From Gemmatimonas sp. (lineage in GTDB: Bacteria > Gemmatimonadota > Gemmatimonadetes > Gemmatimonadales > Gemmatimonadaceae), in NCBI GenBank assembly GCA_965279375.1, contig OZ257156.1:4352001-4416000 (forward strand): a DNA stretch of 64,000 nucleotides. Reading direction: 5' to 3'. The translations under genes were made by a program, and so were the position numbers. The notes below the pieces were generated by a model. That model saw nothing but the letters and a program-made list of their open reading frames with translations. It did no database searches and was not told the DNA's origin. Shown in pieces: positions 48,654 through 58,605 of this stretch (within the stretch, counting starts at the first letter, position 1; each line of letters opens with the position of its first letter).

Positions 48654-49055
48654 TTAATCGTGGATGATCGCGTCTGCCTCGATTTCGACGAGCATCGCCG
48701 GATCGATGAGGGCGCTGACCTGCACCATCGACGTGGCGGGCCTGATCGCCCCGAAGACCTCGCCGTGCGCGCGCCCGATCGCCTCCCACTGGGCAATGTC
48801 GGTGACGAACATCCGCGTGCGCACCACATGCCGAAAGTCCGCGCCCGCTTTCTGAAGTGCCGCGCCGATGTTGGCGAGCGCCTGCCGCGTCTGCGCGTAC
48901 GCATCATCGCGCCCGACCAGGGCGCCGTCCGGTCCGAGTGCGGTCGTCCCTGCGATCGCGACATGAGCCCCCACGCGCACCGCGCGCGAGTAGCCAACGA
49001 TCGCCTCCCACGTCGCGCCCGATGCAATCACGTGACGCTCCATCGGCTCCGTCAT
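48654..49055 (-). CDS. RidA/YjgF-family protein
   Basis: [47 protein letters not shown]. Confidence 0.9.
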   Translation of the reverse strand: MTEPMERHVIASGATWEAIVGYSRAVRVGAHVAIAGTTALGPDGALVGRDDAYAQTRQALANIGAALQKAGADFRHVVRTRMFVTDIAQWEAIGRAHGEVFGAIRPATSMVQVSALIDPAMLVEIEADAIIHD

Positions 49056-49144
49056 TCCGACTCCCTCTCTGGGTTCGATGTATCTTCCGGGTGCTGCTCG
49101 ATCACGCTGCCCCACCGTACTTCCTGACTGCCGCCGAGACCAAC

Positions 49145-50104
49145 GTGCTAAAGCCGTCTACACTCGCATTTTCCGCGCTGCGTACGCCGCGCCGCGCGCT
49201 CGCGCTTTCTGCGATCGCAGCAACCGTCGCGCTGACACCGGGAAATCTGCTAGCGTGGGGCGACGCGGGACACCGCATGATCGGGCTGGCGGCCGCGCAG
49301 ACGCTGCCGGAGGAGATGCCCGCTTTCTTCCGGAACGCGAGCCAGCAGCTTTCCTATCTGAATCCGGAGCCGGATCGTTGGAAGGACCGCGCGGAACGGA
49401 CGCTGGACCCCGCGCTCGAGGGGGGCACGTCGCCCGAGCACTACATCGATATGGATCTGGTGAGTCCGGCCGTTTTGGCGGCGTCGTTGGCGGCTCCCAA
49501 TCGGTTCGCCTTCTCCGACTCACTTCGTCAGGGCGGCGCAGCGGCGAACACCGTCGGGCTGCTCCCGTTCATGATTCTCGAGCAGGCGCAAAAGCTGCGC
49601 GGCGATTTCCGCTTGTGGCGCATCGCCCCCGATTCGACGGTCCGTGCGTGGATCGAGCAGCGCATCATTGACGACGCCGGCATCCTCGGGCATTACGTGG
49701 CGGACGGCAGCAACCCACACCATACCACCAAGCATCACAACGGCTGGGTGGGCGAAAATCCCAAGGGCTACACCACCGACAACCGGTTCCACGGTCGGTT
49801 CGAGAGCGCGTACGTTCAGGGGCAGATCAAGTTGCCAGACATTCTCGGCGAGATGCACGGCGCTCCGCGCGTCTTCCCGAACCTGCGCATCGCGGTGCTC
49901 GCGTATCTGAAGACCTCGTTCGCCCACCTGGACCGCCTCTACGAGCTCGACACCGCCAAGCCGTTTCAGCCCGACGCCACCACCCCCGAGCAGAAAGCGT
50001 TCGCGTCGGCACGCCTCGCTGCCGGCGCCGAGATGCTGCGCGACATCTGGTGGACCGCGTGGGTCACCAGCGGACAGCCTGTCACCATCCCGCCGCGCGA
50101 CTGA
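49145..50104 (+). CDS. Secreted S1/P1 nuclease (phospholipase C/P1 superfamily)
   Basis: Signal peptide then mature N-terminus WGDAGH. Candidate Zn ligands in [27 protein letters not shown]. Confidence 0.8.
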   Translation: MLKPSTLAFSALRTPRRALALSAIAATVALTPGNLLAWGDAGHRMIGLAAAQTLPEEMPAFFRNASQQLSYLNPEPDRWKDRAERTLDPALEGGTSPEHYIDMDLVSPAVLAASLAAPNRFAFSDSLRQGGAAANTVGLLPFMILEQAQKLRGDFRLWRIAPDSTVRAWIEQRIIDDAGILGHYVADGSNPHHTTKHHNGWVGENPKGYTTDNRFHGRFESAYVQGQIKLPDILGEMHGAPRVFPNLRIAVLAYLKTSFAHLDRLYELDTAKPFQPDATTPEQKAFASARLAAGAEMLRDIWWTAWVTSGQPVTIPPRD

Positions 50105-50123
50105 AATCCCGACGCACCTCGCG

Positions 50124-50444
50124 TCAGCGACTGTGCGTGTGCATCAAGGACAACAGCTCGTCGTACATTGCCTCGGCGTCCGCTTCGCTTGACCGAATCG
50201 CCGCCGTGGCGCAGTGCTTGAGATGGTTGCGCATCAGTTCGCGAGCAACGGCGCGCAGCGCTTCGTGCACGGAGGAGACCTGTGTGAGGATGTCCGCGCA
50301 GTAGCGATCCTCCTCCACCATCTTCTGAATGCCGCGCACCTGTCCTTCGATGCGCCGCAAGCGCTTGAGGTTGCGGGTTTTGATCGCCGGATCGACCTTC
50401 ACCGCGTGGTGTACGTGGGCCAGACCGGTTTCGTGAGCGTCCAT
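50124..50444 (-). CDS. csoR: CsoR-family copper-sensing repressor
   Basis: RLRRIEGQVRGIQKMVEEDRYCADIL...NHLKHC (C-H-C ligands). Confidence 0.92.
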   Translation of the reverse strand: MDAHETGLAHVHHAVKVDPAIKTRNLKRLRRIEGQVRGIQKMVEEDRYCADILTQVSSVHEALRAVARELMRNHLKHCATAAIRSSEADAEAMYDELLSLMHTHSR

Positions 50445-50460
50445 TGGCGGTTTTGACGCG

Positions 50461-50670
50461 TTAGTGTGCAGCCGTCACGAGATAGCCTTCCTCGATGACC
50501 GCGTTCTTCACCGCCGCGGCGTCGAGCACGGCGTCGTCGTAGCGAACGGTTGCCGATCCGATCGCGACAGACTCCACCTCGACTCCATGCACGGCGGTCA
50601 GTGCCTGCTTCACCGCGTTGACGCAGTGTCCGCAGGTCATGCCGCTGATGTCCATCGTCAGCGTCTTCAT
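50461..50670 (-). CDS. copZ: Heavy-metal-associated (HMA) copper chaperone
   Basis: GMTCGHC motif and C-terminal EEGY, 69 aa. Confidence 0.9.
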   Translation of the reverse strand: MKTLTMDISGMTCGHCVNAVKQALTAVHGVEVESVAIGSATVRYDDAVLDAAAVKNAVIEEGYLVTAAH

Positions 50671-50741
50671 CGTGTCAGCTCCGTAGAGGTTGTGCCGTCG
50701 TGTGGTGAAGCAGTGGTGGTCCGAAGGTGCACTAGAACGGT

Positions 50742-50762
50742 AAATACCCCCTCCCCCTATTT
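50742..50762. promoter_or_regulatory. Candidate CsoR-family operator AAATA-CCCCCTCCCCC-TATTT
   Basis: AT-rich inverted flanks around C-tracts, upstream of copZ-csoR. This resembles CsoR/RcnR-type G/C-tract operators. Confidence 0.6.
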
Positions 50763-50779
50763 CAACTCACGACCGCCCC

Positions 50780-51523
50780 ATGGCCGACAGCACGACCAGC
50801 CGATCGAATCTCCTCCCTGCCCTGCTCTTGGGCGCCGGCGTCGCCGCTGGTGGCATGCTGGCCGGTGCGGGCGTCGCCAAGGTGCGCACCGTCGACCGGA
50901 CCGTCTCCGTGAAGGGCGTTGCGGAACGGGAGGCCAAGGCCGACCTCGCGATCTGGCCGTTGCGCCTCGTGGCGACCGACGACGACCTGACACGAGCCAG
51001 CACGGCGCTCGAGCATAGCGTGGTTGCGGTGCGTGCCTTCCTCAAGGAACAGGGCCTCGAGGGCAAGGGGACGGAGGTCTCCGTGCAGGAGTTCTCGGTA
51101 CAGGACCAACGCACCATGGGCAGCTACCAGACCGGCAGCCGCTACATCATCCGCCAAACGCTCGTTGTGCGATCCACCGCGGTCGATGTCGTGCAGTCGG
51201 CCAGCCAGCACGTGCCCGACCTGGTACGGAACGGCGTGGTGCTGTCGTCGGGGCAGGAGTACGGCGGAGGCGGACCCACGTTCGTCTTCACTGGACTCAA
51301 CGGCATCAAGCCGCCGATGATCGCCGAAGCCACGGCGCGGGCGCGCGAGTCAGCAGAACAGTTTGCGCGCGACTCCAAGAGCACGCTCTCAGGTATTCGT
51401 CACGCGTATCAGGGGACGTTCGAGATTCTGCCTCGCGATCAGGCGGCGGGCATCAGCGAAGAGTCGCAGGTGACCAAGAAGGTGCGCATCGTGACCACCG
51501 TCGAATACGGCCTCCGCGACTGA
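50780..51523 (+). CDS. SIMPL (DUF541) domain protein
   Basis: DRTVSVKGVAERE.KADLAIW, MIAEATARARESAEQFARDS, KKVRIVTTVEY. Confidence 0.88.
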   Translation: MADSTTSRSNLLPALLLGAGVAAGGMLAGAGVAKVRTVDRTVSVKGVAEREAKADLAIWPLRLVATDDDLTRASTALEHSVVAVRAFLKEQGLEGKGTEVSVQEFSVQDQRTMGSYQTGSRYIIRQTLVVRSTAVDVVQSASQHVPDLVRNGVVLSSGQEYGGGGPTFVFTGLNGIKPPMIAEATARARESAEQFARDSKSTLSGIRHAYQGTFEILPRDQAAGISEESQVTKKVRIVTTVEYGLRD

Positions 51524-51577
51524 ACTCGCGACGGCTCGGGCCGTGGCGCACGTCGCGGCTCGGGCGGTCAGCTGGTC

Positions 51578-53647
51578 TCAGGTCGAGAGCGACAACCGAC
51601 TGTCGAGTCGAGCGCGCACGGCCGCCGAAAGTCCCGCGGCATTGAACGGCTTCTGCAGAAACGCCACACCGAATTCGCCCAATTGCTGCTGCACCGAATC
51701 CGTTTCGCCGTAGCCTGACATCAGGATGACGGGCACCTCGGGGTGCGATGCACGCAGTCGCTGTGCGAGGACGACGCCGCTGACCGTCGGCATCATTACG
51801 TCGCTCAGCACGATGTCGACCTCGTGACCGTGTGTGGCCATCAGCGCGAGCGCCTCTTTGCCATCCTGTGCCACGAGCAAGCGATATCCTTTCGATCGCA
51901 GCACGCGCTCAACGACGTTGCGCACCGCAGGTTCATCTTCCGCGACCAAGATGCACTCCGCGCCACGCATTTCCGGCGACGGTGGCGTTGCGCTCTCCGA
52001 CTCGGGCGGTGCATCGCACTGCGGCAGGTACACATGAAACGTCGTCCCGCCGCTATCGGGGCTCTCCACGGTCACTCCGCCGCCGTGTTGCTGAACGATT
52101 CCGAAAACAGTCGAGAGGCCCAGCCCGGTTCCTTCGCCCAACGGTTTCGTGGTGAAGAACGGCTCGAAGATCCGCGGCATCACGTCGCGAGAGATGCCGC
52201 GTCCGGTATCCGATACGGACACGCAGATCCAGTGGCCTGGAGGGAGCAAGCCGAGTGGCGTGGCAGTCGCGGAGGTGAGGTACAGGCGTCGGCAGCTCAC
52301 GCGGATCACGCCGCCTTCCGGCATCGCATCGCGCGCGTTGAGCAACAGGTTCATGAACACCTGCTCCATTTGCGACGGATCCGCGTGCACGCGCATCGGC
52401 TGTTCATCGCAGGTCGCGCTCAGGCTGTGGCTGGCTGGCATCAATCGCTGCAACATCGGCAACACGGCATCGAGTGACGAACGAATCGCCATCACGCGCG
52501 GCTGCACCACCTGCTTGCGACTGAACGCGAGAAGTTGCTGGGTGAGCGCGCTCGCGCGTTGCGCGGCATCCCGGATCTCGTGGAGCTCGTCATGCCCGTG
52601 CGCGGTGTCGGGCAGCGTGTCCAGCAACAACTCGCAGTTCGCCCGCACCACCGTGAGCATGTTGTTGAAGTCGTGCGCAACGCCACCGGCCAACCCGCCG
52701 ATTGCTTCCATCTTCTGCGCCTGCTGCAGTTGACGCTCGCGCACAGCCAACGCCGTTCGCGACTGCCGGCGTTGCGTCACATCGTCTACGTAGACTGAAA
52801 GGCCGTGTCGCATCGGGACGGTGCGCAGCTCCAGCCAGCGACCGATCTCCGGAACGAACATCTCCGCACGCACCGGCCGACGGTGCTCCGCCGTCTCCAT
52901 CAGCACGCGTTCGATCTCCGTCGCACGCAGCGTCGGGAAGAGCGTCCAGAGGTTGAAACCCAGCATGCGTCGGCGCGGCACCCGCAACAGTCGTACGGCG
53001 CGTCGATTCACGAACGTGATGCGCCACGAGCGATCGATCGCGACGACTCCTTCGTTCATACTCTCGAGAATGTCGTAGCTGTGCGCCGGCAGTCCCTCGG
53101 CCGCCACGGACGGATCCTGCGAGCGGTCTTCCCGATACGATAGTTCGCTACGCAACTCCAGATCCGACGACACCGCAATCGCGAGACGTCGGAGCAGCAA
53201 CTCATCATTCGCCGTCCACTCTCGCGGCTCGTGCGTGATGGCGCAGAGCGAACCCAGCGTGTGGCCGGACGACGTGGTGAGCGGGACACCGAGATAGCCA
53301 ATCACGCCGAGCTCGCGCACGAGCGGGTATTCGCAAACGAGCGCGTGCTCACGGGTATCCGTGATGCGCAGCACCTGTCCGCTCGCGACCACGTGCTGGC
53401 AGATGGATTGCGCGACGGGTGTCTCGGGGCACGCGAGCAGCGACGCCGGCAATCCCGTTGCGCCGACAAAGTGCTGGCGTTCGTCGTCTACCAGCGACAC
53501 CAGCGCCACCGGGACGGACAACACATCCGCGACGATGCGCGTGATGTGAGCGTACGGAGCTTCCGGGAACGCCCGCGCTCGAGCCGCTTCCGCGAGGACG
53601 CGAAGCCGAGTCGGATCGTTCAGGGTGGCGAGGTGAGACGAGGACAT
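51578..53647 (-). CDS. Cytoplasmic hybrid sensor kinase (GAF-PAS-HisKA-HATPase-REC)
   Basis: GAF (SICQHVV, YLGVPL), PAS (WRITFVN), QKMEAIGGLAGGVAHDFNN, NARDAM, EPFFTTK, GTGLGL, REC (AEDE, DVMMP, KPF). Confidence 0.93.
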   Translation of the reverse strand: MSSSHLATLNDPTRLRVLAEAARARAFPEAPYAHITRIVADVLSVPVALVSLVDDERQHFVGATGLPASLLACPETPVAQSICQHVVASGQVLRITDTREHALVCEYPLVRELGVIGYLGVPLTTSSGHTLGSLCAITHEPREWTANDELLLRRLAIAVSSDLELRSELSYREDRSQDPSVAAEGLPAHSYDILESMNEGVVAIDRSWRITFVNRRAVRLLRVPRRRMLGFNLWTLFPTLRATEIERVLMETAEHRRPVRAEMFVPEIGRWLELRTVPMRHGLSVYVDDVTQRRQSRTALAVRERQLQQAQKMEAIGGLAGGVAHDFNNMLTVVRANCELLLDTLPDTAHGHDELHEIRDAAQRASALTQQLLAFSRKQVVQPRVMAIRSSLDAVLPMLQRLMPASHSLSATCDEQPMRVHADPSQMEQVFMNLLLNARDAMPEGGVIRVSCRRLYLTSATATPLGLLPPGHWICVSVSDTGRGISRDVMPRIFEPFFTTKPLGEGTGLGLSTVFGIVQQHGGGVTVESPDSGGTTFHVYLPQCDAPPESESATPPSPEMRGAECILVAEDEPAVRNVVERVLRSKGYRLLVAQDGKEALALMATHGHEVDIVLSDVMMPTVSGVVLAQRLRASHPEVPVILMSGYGETDSVQQQLGEFGVAFLQKPFNAAGLSAAVRARLDSRLSLST

Positions 53648-53866
53648 GCAGGGAACCGGCCCGTATGTGGGACTTGCGCCGGTTCATCGTCGGACCTGTC
53701 GCAGCTGTGCTACTGTAGACGACCAATCGCAACAAAGGTTCCCGCGCCTGCGGTCAACCGTCACGCCACCGGCAAAGTCGTTCTGCTCCCGGTGTTCGCA
53801 CGCGATTGGCCTTGTGAATCCGCGAGGCATGCGAGCACCACGTGCGATACTCGTCCCACCATCCGC

Positions 53867-56227
53867 TCAAAACTCCCAGTTGATGCCGATCGTCGGAAAC
53901 ACGCCGAGTCCGGACTGCTTTTCCAGCGTGCGCGTGCGCGGGTTCCATTGAAAGCCGCTGACGTTCGCGCGACCAGTGAGATTCTGTACGTCGATGAAAG
54001 TGACGAACTGCGTTCCACGCAGTACCCAACGCCTGTCGATGCGCCCGTCGATTGCGAGAAAGAACGGCAGACGCTGGTCGTTGTAGCGCGTGTAGTCGAG
54101 CGTGCCCGCGCGAACGCCAGACGTGGCGAACGGCGTGTACGGCAAGCCCGTCGAACTACGAAGTCGTCCGCTGAATTCCCAACGTGCGCTGGGACGCCAT
54201 CCACCCACCAGATTCGCGATCACCGGCGAGTCGAAGGCGCCGCGTGTGGAGGTGCCGTCCAGACCCGTGAATCGCGTGCGAGAGATGCTGATGCTCGCCA
54301 AGCCATACACTGGCACCACGCCCAGCTTCTTCTGCACCAGCAGCTCGGCGCCAACCACACTGCCTGTTCCGGCGCTGCGCAGCGGCTCGAGCCCGAAGGG
54401 AATGTCCGCCGTCACGTCGTCGAAGCCGGATGGCTGCAACACCGCGTTGCGACGAAACGCACGGGCCGGATAGTTCGCGTAACGCTTGGCGTATCCCTCC
54501 ACTTGCCAGCGCCACTCCGATCCCACAAGGCGCTGCAGTGCGAGCACCAGTTGGTCCGCGCGCAATGGCTGCAGCTCGCGCGTGTTGCTGGAATCGCCCG
54601 TCAGCCAGATATACGACGGCGCCTGATAGTACCGGCCGGCGCTCAGCGTCAACGTTGTCGGCGCGTTGAGCGCAAGCGTCGCACTCAGTCGCGGAGCGAT
54701 CGTGAATCGATTGCGCAGGAACGCGTAGTAGTCGCCACGAAGGCCAGCAGTGACACGCAACGCCTGTGTCGCCTGCACAGAGGCCTGCGCATAACTCGCG
54801 TTGCGAACAGCGGTGAACGACGTGTCCACACGCAACGCACGCGGCACGCCATTCTCATCGAGTCGCGCGAATGCCGGCACGCGCAAATCGTATCGCAGGC
54901 GATCCGCGAACTTTGCGATGTTGCCGACATCGAGCTCCACTTTGGGACTCAGTTGCCACGTGACGTCGGTACGCAGCGAGTTCTCCGCCTCGGTACTGTT
55001 CGCGGTGAACACCGGATTGGGCGGCGTGAGCGAGTCGTACTGCGCGGTCGCGTAGCGCGTCCAGGTCCGGCCCAGCGTCGTCGTTGCCACGCCGGTGCCG
55101 AATAGGCGCTTCCAGGTGAGGCCCGTGAAGTACTGATCCTGCGAAGTGCCAAGGATGCGGCTGTTGTCGACGCGATCATCGGCCTTGTCGTTGTTGAAAT
55201 TCACATCATCGAGCGCGCCAACCGCCAGCCACGACACCACGTCCTTCTTCGTTGGACGCCATGTCGCTTTGAAGGTCGCGTCGGTGTAGGTCGGAATGAA
55301 CGCGACGCCGAGCGCCTTGAACAGCAAGTCGAGATAGCTCCGTCTGACGTTGAACAGGAAGGACGCATCCTTGCCGAGCGGACCCTCGACGATACCGCCG
55401 TACTGCGACGCAGCCAGGTTCACTTCCCCCGACATGCGTTCGCGATTGCCCTCGCGCAACGTGAGATTCGTGACCGATGACACCCGGTCACCGTAGCGCA
55501 CACCGAATCCACCCGTGGAAAGCGATACGTTGTCGATGAACCGGATATTCATCAGCGAGATCGGTCCGCCGGTGGTGCCCTGCGTACCGAAGTGATTGAT
55601 GTTCGGGACTTCGAGGTTGTCCACGACGAACAGGTTCTCGTACGACGCGCCACCGCGCACGAACAAGTCATTGCGACCGCCCGTCGTGGATGCGACACCC
55701 GGCGCGATCGAGATCGCCTGCACGACATCCTCGAGCGCGCCCGGCGTACGACGCAGCTCTTCGGCGGAGAGCCCGATCGACGAGACCGGGGTGGACGACG
55801 GCGGCAGTGCGGGAAAGGCCGTCGGCCGCACGTCGATCGTGCTCAGACGCAGCGTGGAACGCGTCAGCGCGATCGCCACCACGACCGGCTTACCCGCACT
55901 GACAGCCACGTCGGACTTGAACAGCGGCGTGTAGCCGATGCGCCGAATCTCGAGCGTCACGATCCCCGGCCGCACCCCCCGCAGCGTGAAGCGTCCCGCG
56001 TCATCGGTTTGGACGCCAATCTCCTGTCCGACCACGCGAATCGCCGCATCGCTCAGCGGCTCTTCGGTGACGGCATCGTAGACGCGGCCGGAGATGATGC
56101 CGCTGGCCTGCACTGGCGCGGCCGGCGGTGCCTGTAAGACGCCGACCCGAGGGCTGATCGCGCTCAACCGAACCGGGAGCGCGAGTACAGCGAGAGCAAT
56201 GGTGAATGATGCGCGAATCATGACCAC
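53867..56227 (-). CDS. TonB-dependent receptor
   Basis: Signal peptide, carboxypeptidase-regulatory-like domain, plug (LFVRGG...PNINHF...GGFGVRYG), C-terminal INWEF. Confidence 0.9.
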   Translation of the reverse strand: MVMIRASFTIALAVLALPVRLSAISPRVGVLQAPPAAPVQASGIISGRVYDAVTEEPLSDAAIRVVGQEIGVQTDDAGRFTLRGVRPGIVTLEIRRIGYTPLFKSDVAVSAGKPVVVAIALTRSTLRLSTIDVRPTAFPALPPSSTPVSSIGLSAEELRRTPGALEDVVQAISIAPGVASTTGGRNDLFVRGGASYENLFVVDNLEVPNINHFGTQGTTGGPISLMNIRFIDNVSLSTGGFGVRYGDRVSSVTNLTLREGNRERMSGEVNLAASQYGGIVEGPLGKDASFLFNVRRSYLDLLFKALGVAFIPTYTDATFKATWRPTKKDVVSWLAVGALDDVNFNNDKADDRVDNSRILGTSQDQYFTGLTWKRLFGTGVATTTLGRTWTRYATAQYDSLTPPNPVFTANSTEAENSLRTDVTWQLSPKVELDVGNIAKFADRLRYDLRVPAFARLDENGVPRALRVDTSFTAVRNASYAQASVQATQALRVTAGLRGDYYAFLRNRFTIAPRLSATLALNAPTTLTLSAGRYYQAPSYIWLTGDSSNTRELQPLRADQLVLALQRLVGSEWRWQVEGYAKRYANYPARAFRRNAVLQPSGFDDVTADIPFGLEPLRSAGTGSVVGAELLVQKKLGVVPVYGLASISISRTRFTGLDGTSTRGAFDSPVIANLVGGWRPSARWEFSGRLRSSTGLPYTPFATSGVRAGTLDYTRYNDQRLPFFLAIDGRIDRRWVLRGTQFVTFIDVQNLTGRANVSGFQWNPRTRTLEKQSGLGVFPTIGINWEF

Positions 56228-56279
56228 AAACTAGCTGAAGCAGGTTGGGACGGCCTCAGCGTTTCCACCACGATGGACG

Positions 56280-56828
56280 CTACGCCGTCTGAATTGGCTG
56301 CGCCTCAGTCGTTTGCTGATGCGCCTCGACGAACCAGAGCCACTGGTCAATACCACGGGAGACCTGGGTCATCAGGTCGGCCGTGCCGTCGTCTTCGAGT
56401 TCGATCATCTCGCCGACACAGATGCGCACCGACCGGCCAAACGACGCCAGCGCATCCGACAGTGCCGCCACATGCTCGTCACCCGTGTGCAGGCGCGCCG
56501 GATAATCCGGCAGCGTCGTGCGCTCGGCCGCCATGCGAACCGTGCCCTCGGCAATGCCACCGAGCTGCACCAGACGTTCGGCGATCAAGTCGACGTACGA
56601 CTCGACAGCCTCGTTGATCTCGTCGAACAGCTTGTGCAGCGAGATGAACTGGGGGCCCTTCACGTTCCAATGCGCCTGCTTGCACTGCGACTGGAGGTCG
56701 ATGCAATCGGCCAGCCGCGCGTTGCACAGCGAAATGACTTCGACCCGGGTGTCCTGCGGGAGATCGTTCTTGGTGTGATAGAGAACGTCCGTGACAACGT
56801 GCGAGAGTTCGTTGGCTGACTGCGACAT
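56280..56828 (-). CDS. dps: DNA starvation/stationary phase protection protein Dps
   Basis: KQAHWNVKGPQFISLHKLFDE, DLIAERLVQLGG, WLWFVEAH. Confidence 0.95.
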   Translation of the reverse strand: MSQSANELSHVVTDVLYHTKNDLPQDTRVEVISLCNARLADCIDLQSQCKQAHWNVKGPQFISLHKLFDEINEAVESYVDLIAERLVQLGGIAEGTVRMAAERTTLPDYPARLHTGDEHVAALSDALASFGRSVRICVGEMIELEDDGTADLMTQVSRGIDQWLWFVEAHQQTTEAQPIQTA

Positions 56829-56980
56829 TGCGCGGCTCCGGCTGGGAGGTGAGGAGAGAACTTCCCCGCCATGGTGCAAGTTGCAGACCCAGCGGATTCC
56901 GCCCGCCGCGGTGCGGTGCCTAGTTTTCACCGTAGCCAGCGACCGCCGCGCGCCTCTGTCCCAGTCCCGTGCCCCCTGTC

Positions 56981-57322
56981 ATGCCGATTCGCCCGTTAGC
57001 CCAGCAGTCCGACGAGCAGCTCCGTGCCGCGCTCGACGCGCAAGACGTGGTCGTGATCTACAAGCACAGCCCGACTTGCGGCCTGTGCGATATCGCCATC
57101 GCCGAGGTCGAAGCGTTCGTCGCCGTCAGCCCCGAGACGCCCGTGTGGATGGTGGACGTGCTGAGCCAGCGTCCGCTCTCGCAGCGGATTGAAGCAATGA
57201 CCGGCGTGCGGCACGAGTCGCCGCAGATTCTGCTGTTCCGTCGCGGCGAACAGATCTGGAACGGATCGCACCGCCGCGTGACGCGCGCGAAGATCGAGGA
57301 AGCGCTCTCCGCCGCACCCTGA
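56981..57322 (+). CDS. ytxJ: YtxJ/BrxC-family (DUF2847) thioredoxin-fold protein
   Basis: IYKHSPTCGLC, RPLSQRI, GVRHESPQ, WNGSH. Confidence 0.85.
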   Translation: MPIRPLAQQSDEQLRAALDAQDVVVIYKHSPTCGLCDIAIAEVEAFVAVSPETPVWMVDVLSQRPLSQRIEAMTGVRHESPQILLFRRGEQIWNGSHRRVTRAKIEEALSAAP

Positions 57323-57395
57323 CCGTGCCTTCCCCGTTGGCGACCGATCCCGCAGTTTGTGTCCTTGGTAGCTGTCCCCCCTCGCCCTGATCGAC

Positions 57396-58598
57396 ATGCA
57401 CAGCTGCGTGACTGCTCGCTCCTCCGCCGTTCGTCCGACCTCGCGTCGATCGATTGCTGCTCTCTGGGGCGTCGCGCTCGCGCTCGCCGCGTGCAAGGGA
57501 GATTCCACGGCGCCCAGCAAACCGGTGGCGTCGGTTGCGGTGACCCCCAAGAGTTCGAGCGTCCTCGTTGGTGAGCGAGTGCAGCTGACAGCGCAGCCGC
57601 TCGATGCGGCCGGAAGCCCGGTTGGCGGCAAGACGATCACCTGGCGCTCGGTTGACGCGTCGGCCGCAACCGTGTCGTCCGGCGGTCTCGTGACCGCGAT
57701 TGGACCGGGAACCGTGACGGTGCAGGCGCTGGCGGACAACATCATCGGCAGCGCGGAGTTCGTCATCACCGCGCCCGTGGCAACTGTTCTCGTCTCCGGT
57801 AACACGGGCGTGCTGCTCGTTGGCGGTACGCTGCAGCTGAATGCGGTGCCTCGCGATGCCGCCGGCAATGTGCTGCCGTCGCGACCAGTCACCTGGACGA
57901 CGTCCGCACCGAATGTCGCCACGGTCAGCAGCGTCGGACTGGTCACCGGCGTGTCCGCCGGCACGGTCACGATTACCGCCACCTCCGAAGGCAAGTCCAC
58001 CGCCACCACGATGACCGCCGTCGCCGTGCCACCGCCGGTGGCGAGCGTCACGGTGACGTCAGCAGCGACCGCACTGCTGGTCGGCGGCACGCAGCGGCTG
58101 ACCGCGACCGTCTTCGACAGCCAAGGGGCGACGCTGACCAACCGCACGATCACGTGGGGCACCTCCAACTCGGCGATCGCCCGCGTCGATTCGACCGGCC
58201 TCGTCACGATGCTGACGACCGGACTCGTGCGCATCACGGCCAACAGCGAAGGGCGCAGTGGTTCCCTGCTCCTCGCCGCGCTGCGGGCATTGCTGGTCAA
58301 CGTGCCGCTGACGATCGCGTCGCCGGCCAGCCTGTCGCAGTTCTTCTTTGTGGACGTACCCGCGGGGACGACGCAGCTGATCATCAGCTCGACGGGCGGC
58401 ACTGGCGATCCGGATATGTACATCTACCGTGCCGGCGCGTCGCCACAGAGCCCGGGAGCGGTGGTCTGCGCCTCCGAAGCCGATGGCCCGATTGAATCCT
58501 GCACGATCAACACGCCGACGGCTGGTCGCTGGATGGTCGAGATGAGTGCCTTCACCGCGTTCTCCGGCGTGCAGCTGCGCGCGGCCACCACGCCGTAG
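57396..58598 (+). CDS. Surface lipoprotein with three Big_2 Ig-like repeats and a C-terminal PPC-like domain
   Basis: Lipobox LAAC. Repeats of VASVxV...TW.S....VATV...GLVT...G.VTITA. C-terminal GGTGDPDMY...ESC...GRW. Confidence 0.8.
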   Translation: MHSCVTARSSAVRPTSRRSIAALWGVALALAACKGDSTAPSKPVASVAVTPKSSSVLVGERVQLTAQPLDAAGSPVGGKTITWRSVDASAATVSSGGLVTAIGPGTVTVQALADNIIGSAEFVITAPVATVLVSGNTGVLLVGGTLQLNAVPRDAAGNVLPSRPVTWTTSAPNVATVSSVGLVTGVSAGTVTITATSEGKSTATTMTAVAVPPPVASVTVTSAATALLVGGTQRLTATVFDSQGATLTNRTITWGTSNSAIARVDSTGLVTMLTTGLVRITANSEGRSGSLLLAALRALLVNVPLTIASPASLSQFFFVDVPAGTTQLIISSTGGTGDPDMYIYRAGASPQSPGAVVCASEADGPIESCTINTPTAGRWMVEMSAFTAFSGVQLRAATTP

Positions 58599-58605
58599 CG
58601 CGTCG

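Noticed and set aside
51527..51570. GC hairpin and CGGCTCGGGC repeat between convergent genes
   Set aside because: Short stem and no U-tract, so it cannot be supported as an intrinsic terminator or REP element.
53231..55105. 624-aa plus-strand ORF
   Set aside because: Antisense to the hybrid kinase and TBDR, with no motifs.
57520..58260. Repeated DNA similarity in the Ig-like lipoprotein
   Set aside because: Explained by Big_2 domain repeats, not CRISPR or a mobile repeat.
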